This document shows positions 39,763 to 52,106 of a stretch of 64,000 nt of DNA, one piece after another. The stretch's first letter is position 1. Each line of letters begins with the position of its first letter. Location of the stretch: the NCBI RefSeq assembly GCF_037042905.1, contig NC_087246.1, forward strand, positions 3,164,001 to 3,228,000, given 5' to 3'. This stretch comes from Lytechinus pictus (lineage: Eukaryota). The position numbers and the translations under genes were made by a program. Below the pieces are notes generated by a model. That model was not told the origin of the DNA, ran no database searches, and saw only the letters and a list, made by a program, of their open reading frames with translations.

Positions 39763-41643
39763 GGTAACTGACATTACACGGCACAATGTTTTCACACCTT
39801 TCATTGTGTGTATCTCTAAAACAACAAATGATGGGAGTTTGCTTTTGATAGAGTTAATAAAGTGAACCTTGCTGTATACTCTGATACTAAGTTTTCCTAT
39901 GTAACCACATTTTTTTACGCATCAGCAAGCAAAAATGTGTCGGTAACTGACATTACGCAAAAGGACATGCAATTTCAGGGTGTTCAGTGAAATTGAAATA
40001 TCTCATGTCCCTGAGTAGATAGAGTAATAATTTGAATATGTAAATATACCTCCGTTACTAGGTTAAGATGTGTCAAAATATTAAACAATTCGTTTTTGTC
40101 TTTTGGGGGCTATGATAATTTTTCCACAACCATGCTGGTAACTGACATTACGGTAACTGACATTACACTTAATTTGCCATAGAGATAACACATGGAAGTC
40201 AAATGTGTGGAATCATTGCATTGTATCTTCTGTGCAGGGCTTCACATGAAAGTGAGCTTGATGTGGAAGTATACCCGAGTTTCTAGGAACATTTCAATGA
40301 AAAAAAAATTTCTTTTTCTTAGTTCCTTTCTTTGATTTGAACATTTTTATCATAACTTGTCGGTAATTGACAATACACATTAACATTTACCAGTGCTATA
40401 TGATTTTCAAAGGCATAATTTTCTTTGTACTTATATGTAAGGCTTTTTAAAATCATAAAAGTTTCATAATAAGCAGCTACATGTTTTCCTATAGTAATTT
40501 AATATTGCATTGACTGTACACATGGATTTTTCTGACTATACACCCATAATATATTCATCAGTTTTATATTGACTTTTTAAACCTTTTCCTTCTCCAACCT
40601 CCCCCTCCCCTCAAAAAAGGCAAAATGAATAAGGGTCTCCTCCCCTAGGCTACACGTACCTCTCCCCTGAATCTCATGCAGCCATGTAGTTTTATTGATT
40701 TCTATTCTGGTCAGTGCAAGCAGTGCTTATTCATATCTGTCGGATTTCAATTCTCTTCATAATTTGTTTAATCATTTTCTTTGCTAATTTCTTTTTTAAG
40801 CCGTCAACAAAAAATAAACTCCAGCTTCTAAACTGAAACTGAACTATTTGTAAATTAGAAAAAAAAACGGTTTTAGTAGATCCATGCAACATTGATCAGA
40901 ACTGTCAAATATCACTTTTCATCTATACTTGTACACCAAAAACAAAATTGTATCACACATCCACACTACTAAAAGGTGTATTAAAACCAGGAATTTACTT
41001 TTAGCGAGGCAATGCTCAAAAGAATCCTAGAAACTAAAAAAGGGACCCTGGAAATCCCCTTCATCACAATGTTAAGCTTAAAAAATGTTGCAGATTTAGG
41101 CAATAGGTTGGGAAAAGTACCCCCTACCCCCCCCCCCAAAAAAAAAAAAAACCAAACAAAAAATTGTCTGATACAAACAATTAGGTACTTGGTAAGTGCA
41201 TGTACAAAACAATTTCATAGTAATTTTTTTTTGCACGATGGGAATGCAACTTCCTTCATAAATTCAAATTGTATTCCTTGTGAACTATACCTTTTAAAAG
41301 TGAATAGCAAGCTCCTTCTAAAGTGAAAGACTTAAATAACAAGTATACAATATTTCTTCACCATAAAATTGACCACATATTTGCATTTCAATATTGGTAA
41401 CCAACGTTTTATCATGGTAACTGACATTACATCTCGGTAACTGACATTACATTTTCCACTTGGTAACTGACATTACATATATTTAATGGTACCCTATGGC
41501 TTCATTGTTAATTGGTAATCTTTAATTTTGGTGTAGAAGGGAGGGGTGTTACCTAGAGAGGAAATCTACCAAGTTTCATATAATATATCCTCTTTTCCAG
41601 GAAATGAGAAAAAAAAATTCATGTTTTCGGTAACTGACATTAC
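39763..41643 (+). repeat. Dispersed direct-repeat motif GGTAACTGACATTAC (8 exact copies + 1 variant)
   Basis: Starts at 39763, 39942, 40137, 40152, 40362 (variant), 41416, 41436, 41462, 41629. Confidence 0.9.
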
Positions 41644-44600
41644 ATACCATATCACATACTTCATCAATGTTTTTTTATCAGATGAATGAATTACTGGTGT
41701 TTCTTTCTGTGGGATTTTAAAAAGTGTTATAATAGCAAGCTAAATCACAGGCGAAAACATCATGATCAAACCTGTTCTTTAAAAATCTGTCGAAACAAAA
41801 TATGAATCAATATACTATTTTCAACACTAATTTGTATCCATACTTTGGCAGCCATTTTGAAATAAAAAATGGCTGCCAGAGTCGGAAAAAAAATTTGTCT
41901 CAGAAACTTCAGGTCTTGTTTTATTAAAAAACATAAAGCATTTGACATGAATATCAACTTGATTTTTTTGCCTCTGTGTCCATCTGTGGTGAAAATGCCC
42001 AAAAGGGTGTCTCATATGGTGCATCATTATTAATATTGAATGCATAATCATGATTTTTTTTTTTCACATCCTTTTACATCAAGCACAATACTCGGGGGGG
42101 GGGGGGGGCATATGGCATATGGTCCCCCTTGACATTTTTCAGAATAAATCTGCCACTCAAAATTTTATTCCCGCACCGCTGACTGACGTTTTACTTTCAA
42201 GTCTCACACAACTTTTGATACTAAATTTGCCATTCCCAGGTACAGGGTCAGGAAATTTTGCAACATTATGTTTGTTTAAGTACATTGAATGACAAGTACA
42301 TGTCAGACAAAAACATGATTACATGTAAAAAGTCAATATTCATAACTGGGTAATTTTTTTTATTGACAATAGTAATTTAATGTCACTGATGAACTTCGTC
42401 TTGAAAATAACAATAACAAAACAAATTAAGAAGTTAAGAAAAAATATTTTAAAAAAAACATGAATTGAAAGGAATTTATTTTGATACCAGATTTTTTAAA
42501 GTAAATTTGTTAGGATTGCTCTAGAAAGGAATATGTACACCAAAGTTTGGCATTCTATTACGAGCTTTTTTTAGTAAATTAAAGCAAAAGGTATGATTTC
42601 ATAATTTTTTTAATTGCGCCGCCCATGGCTGAGGAACCATAGTGCCCCTCCCCAGGCCAGAAGTGACTTTAATCAAAACACCCTTGGACTACTATAATGA
42701 TTAACACACTGGCAACTGAGCTTGTATATTAATTTCATGAATATGTTTTATCTCTTTGCTTTTTGCTTTTAATTGCTTACTACAGTTATGACAAAGAAGT
42801 CTGGAACCTCAGAACCACCATAACTGTATCTGCTACAATGTGTGTTCTTGCAACCAGCTGATTGATTCATTTTATCAACTCTTGAATGGTAGGTTACATG
42901 TAAACTGTATTATTATTAATAATTCACCATGATCGTAATGCGGATGGGGGTGAAATCTGTACACATTGACCCAAGGATAATGCAAAATGAAAAAGGCTAA
43001 CACAAATCTCTATCTTGACTGGACTTCTCAGCAATGAAGACATCCCATTGATGGGGGGAGGGGAGGGGTGGTTGTGCTCATCCAAGGTGTACTGTATGAA
43101 AGTGTGTATTTTGCTTTCATTGATTTAATTTATTGCATATTTTAATTTCCATGATTCTTTTATTTGGGGAAAAACAATCAGTTCACACTTTTTTAGACTA
43201 CATCATGGCAAATTGCCAATTACTATGGTCTCAGGAGTAAGCCACTATCCCTCTATCATATCATCATTTGGGTGCAAACAACGCCCTTACCAGCAGACAT
43301 AGGGGCATTTCTGCACCGATGGGTGCACAAAAATGTTTTGCTAAGGGCGTTCTTGCACTGAAAGGACAAAATTTGAACTAACCCAAGCTATGTATAGTTA
43401 TGGGCTTGCATTATTTCCCATATTATTATTTTTTTATGAACAGGTTGATTATCAGAACTGAATTCAAAGCTGCTCCTGTCTGTAGTAACATCATTATAAG
43501 AGTGGACTTCAGAATGAGGGCGTTGCTTGTTTAAAAACTTCACTCCATGGAGCTCTCCAAATTTATCTCAAATTAGACTGCTTCTGGAAACCAGATTTGT
43601 TCCTTCAAGCAGAGACGATTGTGGCTTTCCTGACTGGACTTCTATGGATTCTTCATGCCAACCTTAAGGACTGTGGTCTTCTGCATGATACACATCAATT
43701 TCAAACAAGACATTCTGTGGTGAAACACTTGACATAGATGATATGAAATTTTATTTCATATAACAATCTCAGAAGTAATTCCTCGGGAGCAAGAAACATT
43801 GAAAAATGAAAATAAAAGGTCCATCAATAATGAATGTCTTGAGCAGTGTTCTTTTCTGTGCACAGATCAATGGATCTTTTCAAGTCCACGCAGGGATGTA
43901 GTCAATGTTGACCTCGAGGCAACATTTTGCTGGCCTTGGTCCGAGTCACTGTACAGAATCTATGGGAAGTTCTCTCAAGCTGCCTCATGACTCGGAAGAA
44001 TCAGCCTCGACCTCATCCCTGTATGCAAGTGTGATATATATCAACGATGCAATCTCATGATTAAAGAGAGAAAAACAAGAGAGCTTCAGATTTTGAAGTG
44101 TAGCAATCTCCTGAAATGTATGTTTTATTTGAAAATCAAACTAAAATAACTTAATTGGGCATGTTATTCATTATGATATGTATGAATGAAAGCATTTAAG
44201 CAATTTAGTGCTCTTGCAAAACATATTCTGAGTTGTATTTAATTACTGCAAACGCTCAGAAATATTGATAAGCATTTGCCAGTGCATGAAGTGTTTTTAA
44301 TAAAGAGTGGCTTTTGTGCCTATGGAGAGTTATTATTTCTTCAACATTTCTTCATACAAATTATTTCAAAAATCACAATTTGAATATTCCATGACCTCTG
44401 ATAACAAGAGCAGAATATTTTTGGTTATTGACACACTTTAAAATGATATTAGGAGAGAATGTACTGAAATTGTGTGAAAATAATGGCATAATTGCTGGAG
44501 AGGCCTATAAAGATTGAAAATAACATTATTTCAAGTTTTTCTTGAAAAAAACCCATGGAAAATTGAAAATGGCATAATTTACACAAGTTTTCAAAACAAA

Positions 44601-45088
44601 ATACAAAAAAAAAAAAAATTTGCAGAATTTTTAGTACACAAGCCTATGGACAATCAATTGAACGTTAATCGAACGCAAATTTTGCGCATCCTCCAAAATC
44701 TTACATAAGTTACGTTCGATTTGCAATCAATTGCAAAGCTTGCGCTTGATCTACGTTCAATTGATCAAACGCAACTTCTTCTTGCAACAGGATTGAACGT
44801 AACTTGCATTCAATTGCAGATTTGCGTTTAATCGGAGGACTTACGCTCAATTTTGGGAGTTGCGTTCGATTTGCGTTCAATCGCAAGTTTCTTGCAACAC
44901 CCCATTAGAGCTAGATGTTTTAGAAGGAAAGTAGAAATCTCGGGGGCGAAAGTTTCAGGTTTTTTGCGGTACACGCAGATGAATGGGGAGGAATGCCTGG
45001 CTTCGTATGAGAGTAACCTTACGTTAGTAAATGATTTTTACTCTCTAGAAGCCGCCTGGCTAGGGGGGGGGCTAGCCTCGGGGATTTA

Positions 45089-45505
45089 ATATGTGATTAT
45101 AAATAATTAGTAGTATTATACTTATCATTTATAATCACATATTAAATCTTAGTATTTGTGAAATAATAATTTTTATCTATAAATTCTTCAAAACGGCATC
45201 GCTAATCGGATGTACGTCATAACGAAGCGTTTCAAGGGTCAGCCCTATTCATTGTCTTTGCTTTGTTGACAAACGGATCAAGGGATCTACAGGAGATCGG
45301 TCTGGTAAGAAACGTCTCATATTTACCTCTTTATAGTGAAGTAATTTTTATCCCTTTATTAGCGATGTTACAAAATGCCGTTTTGAAGAACAATTCATAG
45401 ATAAAAATTATTATTTAACAAATACTAAAATTTAATACGTGATTATGAAATTTAATACATGATTATGGATAATTATTATTATTATAATTATTTATAATCA
45501 CATAT
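45089..45505. mobile_element. AT-rich MITE with long imperfect TIRs
   Basis: ATATGTGATTATAAATAATTA / TAATTATTTATAATCACATAT termini, TTTA on both sides, inverted similarity extends about 100 bp inward. Confidence 0.7.
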
Positions 45506-45988
45506 TTTAAGTATTACTATTTGTTGAATAAGAAATTATCCCATGAACAAATGCATCCCTTGTGCAAAGCATGTGCAGTACTGCCATCGCATGAACCATC
45601 AACTTTTGCATGGAGTTAATTACAATTCTTCCTTGTCAGACTGTTTTAACATATTTGGCTTTAAACTTGCTGATAAAGAACAATCAAGTAGCACCTGACT
45701 GTATGTGTACATGTAGGTGCATTTCTTGTTTCAGTATACTGGTATTTATCAGAATTAAGCTTTGAAAATTCCCAACATTTCTTGAAAATACCCCCCCCCC
45801 CCCCCATTGCAGAAAGTGAAAATTTCCCAAATTTCCACTAATTCCTGTGTATTCATATGGAAAGTTTCCACCACAGGAATACAAATAAAATAATAAAAAA
45901 TAATAAAGGTTGACTTATGATGTATCATACTAAAAAAAGAAATTTTTACATATGGTTAAACCACCTGGGTCCTGGGATAAACAGTTAA

Positions 45989-47162
45989 AGGTCAAGTTCA
46001 CCCCAGAAAAATGTTGATTTGAATAAATCGAGAAAAATGAAACTAGCATAATGCTGAAAAAATTCATCAAAATCGGTTGTAAAATGAGAAAGTTATGACA
46101 TTTTAAACTTCCGCTTATTTTTCACAAAAAAGTGATATGTACAACTCAGTGACATGCAAATGATGATGTCCCTCACTCACTATTTCTTTGTTTTTTATTG
46201 TTTGAATTAAACAATATTTCATTTTTTACAGATTCGACAATGAGGACCAACTTGACCGAACCATATAGTATTAAACAATGCTAATATCACATGTTCAGGG
46301 AGGAATTAATCGTTGCTTCATTTGACAATGAGAAGAAAATTAGAATATTGCATATAATAAAATACAAAAGAAATAGTGAGTGGATGACGTCATCAGTCTC
46401 CTCATTTGCATACCGACCAGGATGTGCATATATACATGTAACTGTTTTGTGAAATTAAAGGAGATTGAAACTCTTGGAGCAAGTTAGCTTTTGTGAAAGC
46501 AGAAAAATCAAAGAATAAGATCAACAAAAGTTTGAGTAAAATAGGACTAGCAATAGAAGAGTTATGAGCATTTGAATGTCGAGATCACTAATGCTATGGA
46601 GATCCTCCCATTGGCAATGCAACCAAGATCTATGATGTCACAGATGAAGAACTCTCCCCTTTTGGACACTGAAAATATACCCCAAAACATATCTTTTTGC
46701 TCATTCTAATCATATGACAAACGATTCATCAATGATATAATGTTGTGAAACCTCTGTTCTTGTCCTCTCATAAAGAGAACACCTGACCTTGTGATAGACT
46801 CTATAAAAGTGAGAATATAAGTGAAATAAGTACTAAAGTAATGAGGGAGTTGTACGTGTGTGACATCACAGATCTTGGTCACATTGCCAATTGGAGGATC
46901 TACATGGCATTAGTGATCTCAATATTCAAATGCTCATAACTTTCTTATTATTAATTCAATCTTCCTCAAACTTTCAACAATATGTTTCTTTGATTTTTCT
47001 CTTTGGTATGGATTCAGCTGGTTTCAAGGGTTTCATTCTCCTTTAAGCGAAATTTTAAAATGTTATAACTTTCTTATTTTACATCCGATTTTGATGAAAT
47101 TTTCAGTGTTATGCTTGTTGGATTTTATTCAAATCACCTTTTTGATGCGGCGGACTTGTCCT
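45989..47162. mobile_element. Kolobok-like MITE family A, copy 1 (interrupted)
   Basis: TTAA TSD; AGGTCAAGT...ACTTGTCCT termini; colinear with 52937-53534. Confidence 0.88.
46459..47042. mobile_element. Kolobok-like MITE family B nested in family A
   Basis: TTAA TSD; AGGAGATTGAAAC / GTTTCATTCTCCT termini; absent from the paralogous copy at about 53403. Confidence 0.9.
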
Positions 47163-49114
47163 TTAATGTAGGTGAATAATTGAAGTTGATACATGTAGGG
47201 CTGTCTGCACCAGCCTGAGTTTTCAGCTAATCGCGCTATCTCTGATCTGGTAAATTATCCCGATCAGAACTATCTTGAGATTATTTCTAATGGAGACACA
47301 ATCATCGCGATAGTTCGCTGGATTAATATGGAGATTAATGTACTATAAATATTTACAAAATGGACCACACGACCCGAGTTACGAATACAGAATGCACTGA
47401 AAAACTGTTGTTGAACTTCATTTTATGAATAGAACATGATCTTAAGGTGTAATTAACACCATCAGGTGCATGCAGTCTATGAAAAAAATTCACAGGAATT
47501 TTGATAAACAATAGAAGGTAAAAATGCTTCGTCCATTTTGTGTCATGTCCTACGCTCAAAAAGAGTACATTTTCTCTGCAACTGTTCAACAAAACGTTTT
47601 GAAATTTCATGTGTATGTAACTGATACTTGAATGAATCTGTTAAGCTCACTAACAATGATTCAAAGACTGCCAATTCTACTTTATTTAACTTTGAATTAC
47701 AAAAATTTGTCTGACTGTCATGTCCGTTGCGATGGAATTGACCGAATGGTCAAAAAAGAAAATACTGTACCTACATGTAAAACACAATAAAATCATGTTT
47801 TGATAGTTCACAACTCAGAATTGAAAACTGTAGATGATGGTTAACTTTTCTATCACTGATATTCTCAAAAAATGAAAGGACAATTTTAATGAAATTTGTT
47901 CTTGAATGGAGGCTAATTGGCCAACTTGGTGAGTGGACAGGGGAAGGAAGGATAGGAAATGACTGCATGTCAACACACCTAATATAGTTGAGCCTGGATG
48001 CATGATAGATGAGAATTGATTTCTTTTTGAAAGTGTGTCCTAATCAGTTAAATTTGAATTGATTTTACTTTGAATTCAAATTGATTGAATAGGGGAAAAA
48101 AATATACTTGTAGAGTTTACATTGTACAGGTCTAGTCATGGTCTACTCCAGGGAGGATATATTTTATTTGCTTTGTGCAACATTCATACATGTAAAATCG
48201 AACAACCAATTTATGCTTGCAAACTACATTGAGGAGGAATATCGTCAAAGCCTGTCCAAGTCTTTGGTAATTGGTCAGTAATGTCAATTATACTTCACCA
48301 TCTTTATAATTTGGTTGCTGGCAGGTCGCTGGTGAATCTTATTTCAGGACTTCCAGCCATTTATTGTTTTTGGTTTTTTTTGATAAAAATGTGATTTTCT
48401 AATGCTTCTCTCTCTCTCTTTTAAAAATATCTTCGAAAAGGTCATTTGATACTTCAATAACAGAAAGCTACATTAAAAGATCGTACCTGGAAATTTCCTG
48501 CACATTTTATCCAGTAAGAAGTGGTGTATAAAAAAAATTTATAGGAACAGAGTTCAATATACACGCATTTTAATTGGGTGCCCGATCAAAATAAATGTTC
48601 CAGTAGGCCTACTTGGTTTGAGATGTAACTGTCTATCATCCACACCATAAAAGTTTTAGGACATACATGATGTAGGCCTACACATTCATAATCAGTGTAC
48701 AGTTATTAATAAACATGCACAGTGTAAGGAATTAGACTTGATAGGCAAGTGGTTAATATTTAGGAGTTTACCATGACCAGTACATTGTATTTGTAGAGTG
48801 CTTAGAAATGCAGAGTATTATTAAAGTACTATATTGTACATATAATTATAAATATGTAACTTTTACAGTGTATATAATTTAATAAAAGTGAAATTTTTAA
48901 TGATTTGTTGTGATTTGTGAACCTGTGTACAAAGTAGATGGATTTGTTTTTTTGTTTTTTTAGGGGGGGGGGGGGAATTGGCGTATGTTGCTCTAAATTT
49001 TCCATTTTCATCAAAATCAAAATTCTCATTGTCAGGTTGGACTTACACTGTAACTTGAGCATTTCTTGATCAGAATTTTGTTGGTGGTATGGGGGGGGGG
49101 CGGTGTGCAAGTGT

Positions 49115-51257
49115 CATAAAATCATCAAGTAATTAATGGAAAGAAACCTTGGATGAATGCTAAGACACTGTAATGTGTAAGAAAGAAACACAGGGCCTAC
49201 AGAAAGTTGCAGCACTGTGAATCAGTGAATCGGACCGTACGTATAGAGTATTGCAGGCTCCCTAATCAAGCAAAATTTGCATGTAGGAATGCAGTTAAAG
49301 AATTTGAAAGGAACATTGCCTCAGGAGTAAAACGCAACTGAACTCTAAACCTTTCTGGACATACGTGAAGTCTAAGACATCCACCAGGCAAACTGTTTCA
49401 AATCTAGTCAAACCAGATGGTAACTTGACAACTTTGGATAAAGAGAAGGCAGAAGTTTTACAGAATTTTTTCATTTCTGTGTTCACTCAGGAAGATGTGG
49501 AATCCTTGCCTGTTCCCCCAGCTGTGGTCTATGATTCTGCTTTAGAAAATCTTGAAATCACATCGAGTGACGTTTCAGAGCTCCTACGGAAGCTCATCCC
49601 AAGCAAGTCTCCTGGCCCTGATAAGTTACATCCTCGTTTACTTTACGAGTTGGCTGACGTGCTTTCAGTTCCACTAGCTATGATATTCCAGACAAGCTTA
49701 GAGAGAGGTGAATTACCATTGGAGATCTGCAAATGTTACCCCCATTTTTAAGAAGGGGAGTAAAAGTCATAGTAAGAATTTATAGGCCAGTTAGTTTGGC
49801 ATGCATTGTCTGTAAGGTACTTGAATCTTTGATAAGGAAAGTTTTCATGGAACATTTCTATAGAAATTCACTTCTTTCTCCTCATCAACATGGATTTGTT
49901 GAGGGTAAGTCATGTACCACACATCTGTTGGAAGTCATTGATGAATGGACATTGAGTATTAGATGATGGCGGCACAATTGATGCCATCTACATGGATTTT
50001 ATGAAGGCTTTTGATACTGTGCCACACCAAAGATTACTGACAAAGCTAGAGGCTTGTGGTATTCGGGAACATGTCCATGCATGGATTAAGGCCTTCTTGG
50101 GCGAAGGCAACGTGTTTATGTTAATGGTCAGGAGTCAAACTGGTGTGAAGTCTCAAGTGGTATTCCTCAGGGTAGTGTGCTCGGTCCCTGTCTGTTCTTG
50201 GCATACCTTAATGATCTTCCCAATACAGTGCAATCAAATATCAAGCTTTTGCGGATGATACAAAGCTTTATGCCTGCTCGGATCTACCTGGGTCTTGTCA
50301 GCAACTTCAGAATGACCTGTCACTGTTAGAAAGCTGGGCTGAGAAACGGCAACTTCGCTTCCACCCAGACAAGTGTACTGTTCTGAAAGTTGGTTGTATG
50401 CAGTCTGCATTTGAATATCAAATGGGCAAAGAAGATGATTCTGTACTTCTTAGTGAAAGTCAGGTATAAAGAGACTTGGGTGTACTAGTTGATACACGAC
50501 TCACCTTCAAAGACCATATCTCACAAGCTGTCTCTAAATCAAATAAATTGCTGGGCTTAATGAGGAGGTCTATTGTAAATTTGGATGAAGATACAGTGAA
50601 GCTTATGTTTAAGGGTCTAATAAGACCGTTATTAGAATATGGCCATTCAGTTTGGTCACCTTTTAGAACAGGTGATCAGAAACGGCTAGAGAGTGTGCAG
50701 CGAAGAGCTACCAAGCTTATCCCTGGACTGAGAAACTTGTCCTATTCAGAGCGACTGCAACACCTGAAACTACCATCTCTTCTACATAGATGTAGAAGAG
50801 GAGATATGATAGATGTTTATAAGTTTATGCATGGTATCTATGATACTAGCATATCTACTTGTACGAAGTAAGGAAGGGAGGACTAGAGGCCATTCCCAGA
50901 AACTTGACAAGCAGTATGCAAGGCTTGATGTTTGTTCTTCTTTTCAAATCGAGTTATTAGTTCTTAGAACAGTCTACCAGAAAATGTGGTTTCAGCACCT
51001 TCTGTAAATTCCTTTAAGAATCGGCTTGATAATCACTGGAAGGATATCGCTTTTGTTTACGACTTTGAGTAATGGACTTTATATCCATAATCTTGCCACA
51101 TGCAACTACTTGCCATGTGCAACTACTTGCCACATGCTACTACTTGCCACATGCAACTAATTGAAACTGATAGTGTGGAGCATAATGTTTATTCCCTTGG
51201 ATCGATGAACAGGCATAGTCCTACAAGCATCGTTGGATAAAAGTAAAAGTAAAAGTA
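49115..51257 (+). mobile_element. 5'-truncated, frameshifted CR1-type LINE (reverse transcriptase pseudogene)
   Basis: Motifs KPWMN, FWTYVK, KSPGPDKLHPR, YRPVSL, QHGF, DFMKAFDTVPH, GIPQGSVLGP, FADD, DLGV, SFKNRLD; stop at about 51072; 17-bp repeats in 3'UTR; (TAAAAG)n tail. Confidence 0.95.
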
Positions 51258-51486
51258 TGTACATGTACTTGCCCCATGGCAATACAGTATTTCACTAGAA
51301 CATCACTTATAGACTTACATGTATCCATTAGAACACTAATAGGATTAGTTTAGAATTGAGCTCCTTGTGATTTTGTTTGTAAGCCCCCTGCTGATTGATT
51401 TACGATGAACAGTGTGTACATACATGTATGTAGCTTTAAGGCACATTAAAATATGATTGATATGATCCAGTGGTCATTGCCACTAG

Positions 51487-51997
51487 GACCCCGTTCTCTT
51501 TAATAGTAACCATCCTTAAACTAGTTTACTGGAAACTAGTTTAGTAAACGTGTAATGAGAACGGTCGAAGCGGTCTTGGAAGTAATCTTCCAAACCAGTT
51601 CCGAAAACCACCTCGCGATGTAATTTTCAAGATCTCTTTGCATGCTGAATTAATTTTTTGGGGAAAATAATGACAATTGTTTCCATGTTATTTTCTTTAA
51701 GCATGAGGACACAACCTGAAATCTGATTGGTTTTAGCGTGAGGACACAACCGTTCTTCAGGAAGAAATCTTCACATAGTTTGAGCACGCTACTCCACCCA
51801 TCCACCCACTGTGTGTAGAATGCCTATGCTGCCGTTTCAAATTTCACGTGAAATATGTGACCCCCACTGAGAGCATTCCCATAGCAACAAGACCACTTTA
51901 TGTGAAGTGGTTTTGAAAACCTCTTTCGGCTGATTTCTGGTTCCTGAACCGATTTCCAGTAAACTTGTTTTATAAAGTATAATGATCGAGCGATGTC
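51487..51997. mobile_element. Harbinger-like MITE, diverged copy of 56443-56855
   Basis: Shared sequence GGAAACTAGTTT...GAGAACGGTCGAAGCG...TTTCCAGTAAAC. Confidence 0.75.
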
Positions 51998-52106
51998 TTT
52001 GATACCATTAAAGGCCTTTGTTCTACTCTACATACTTTTCTTTTCTAGAGAACTGTAAAGTGTGTGTGGAGAAATAATGAAGGTTGGTATTTTAGGGCCT
52101 CGATTA

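Larger units (their letters stand above)
36943..44904. mobile_element. Decayed PIF/Harbinger element, about 8 kb including nested insertions
   Basis: TIR TGGGGYGTTGCAAGAAA, TTA TSD (36940-36942 and 44905-44907), dense subterminal TTGCGTTCAA/TTACGTTCGA-like motifs at both ends. Confidence 0.85.
36718..45062. mobile_element. Outer non-autonomous TIR element (TAG...CTA, possibly AcademH-like), split by an 8-kb insertion
   Basis: 36-bp TIR TAGCCAGGCGGTTTCTAGAGAGTAAAGATCATTTAC (34/36); G14 left and G9 right, compatible with an 8-9 bp TSD. Confidence 0.85.

Noticed and set aside
39763..41643. CRISPR-like array
   Set aside because: The repeat is only 15 bp, spacing is highly irregular, the context is eukaryotic and there are no cas genes.
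43799..43990. 63-aa ORF as a transposase or Myb exon
   Set aside because: No DDE or Myb/SANT motif recognisable by eye, and neighbouring frames contain stops.
49365..51007. Functional reverse transcriptase gene
   Set aside because: Multiple frameshifts and stops, no endonuclease domain; a dead 5'-truncated LINE.
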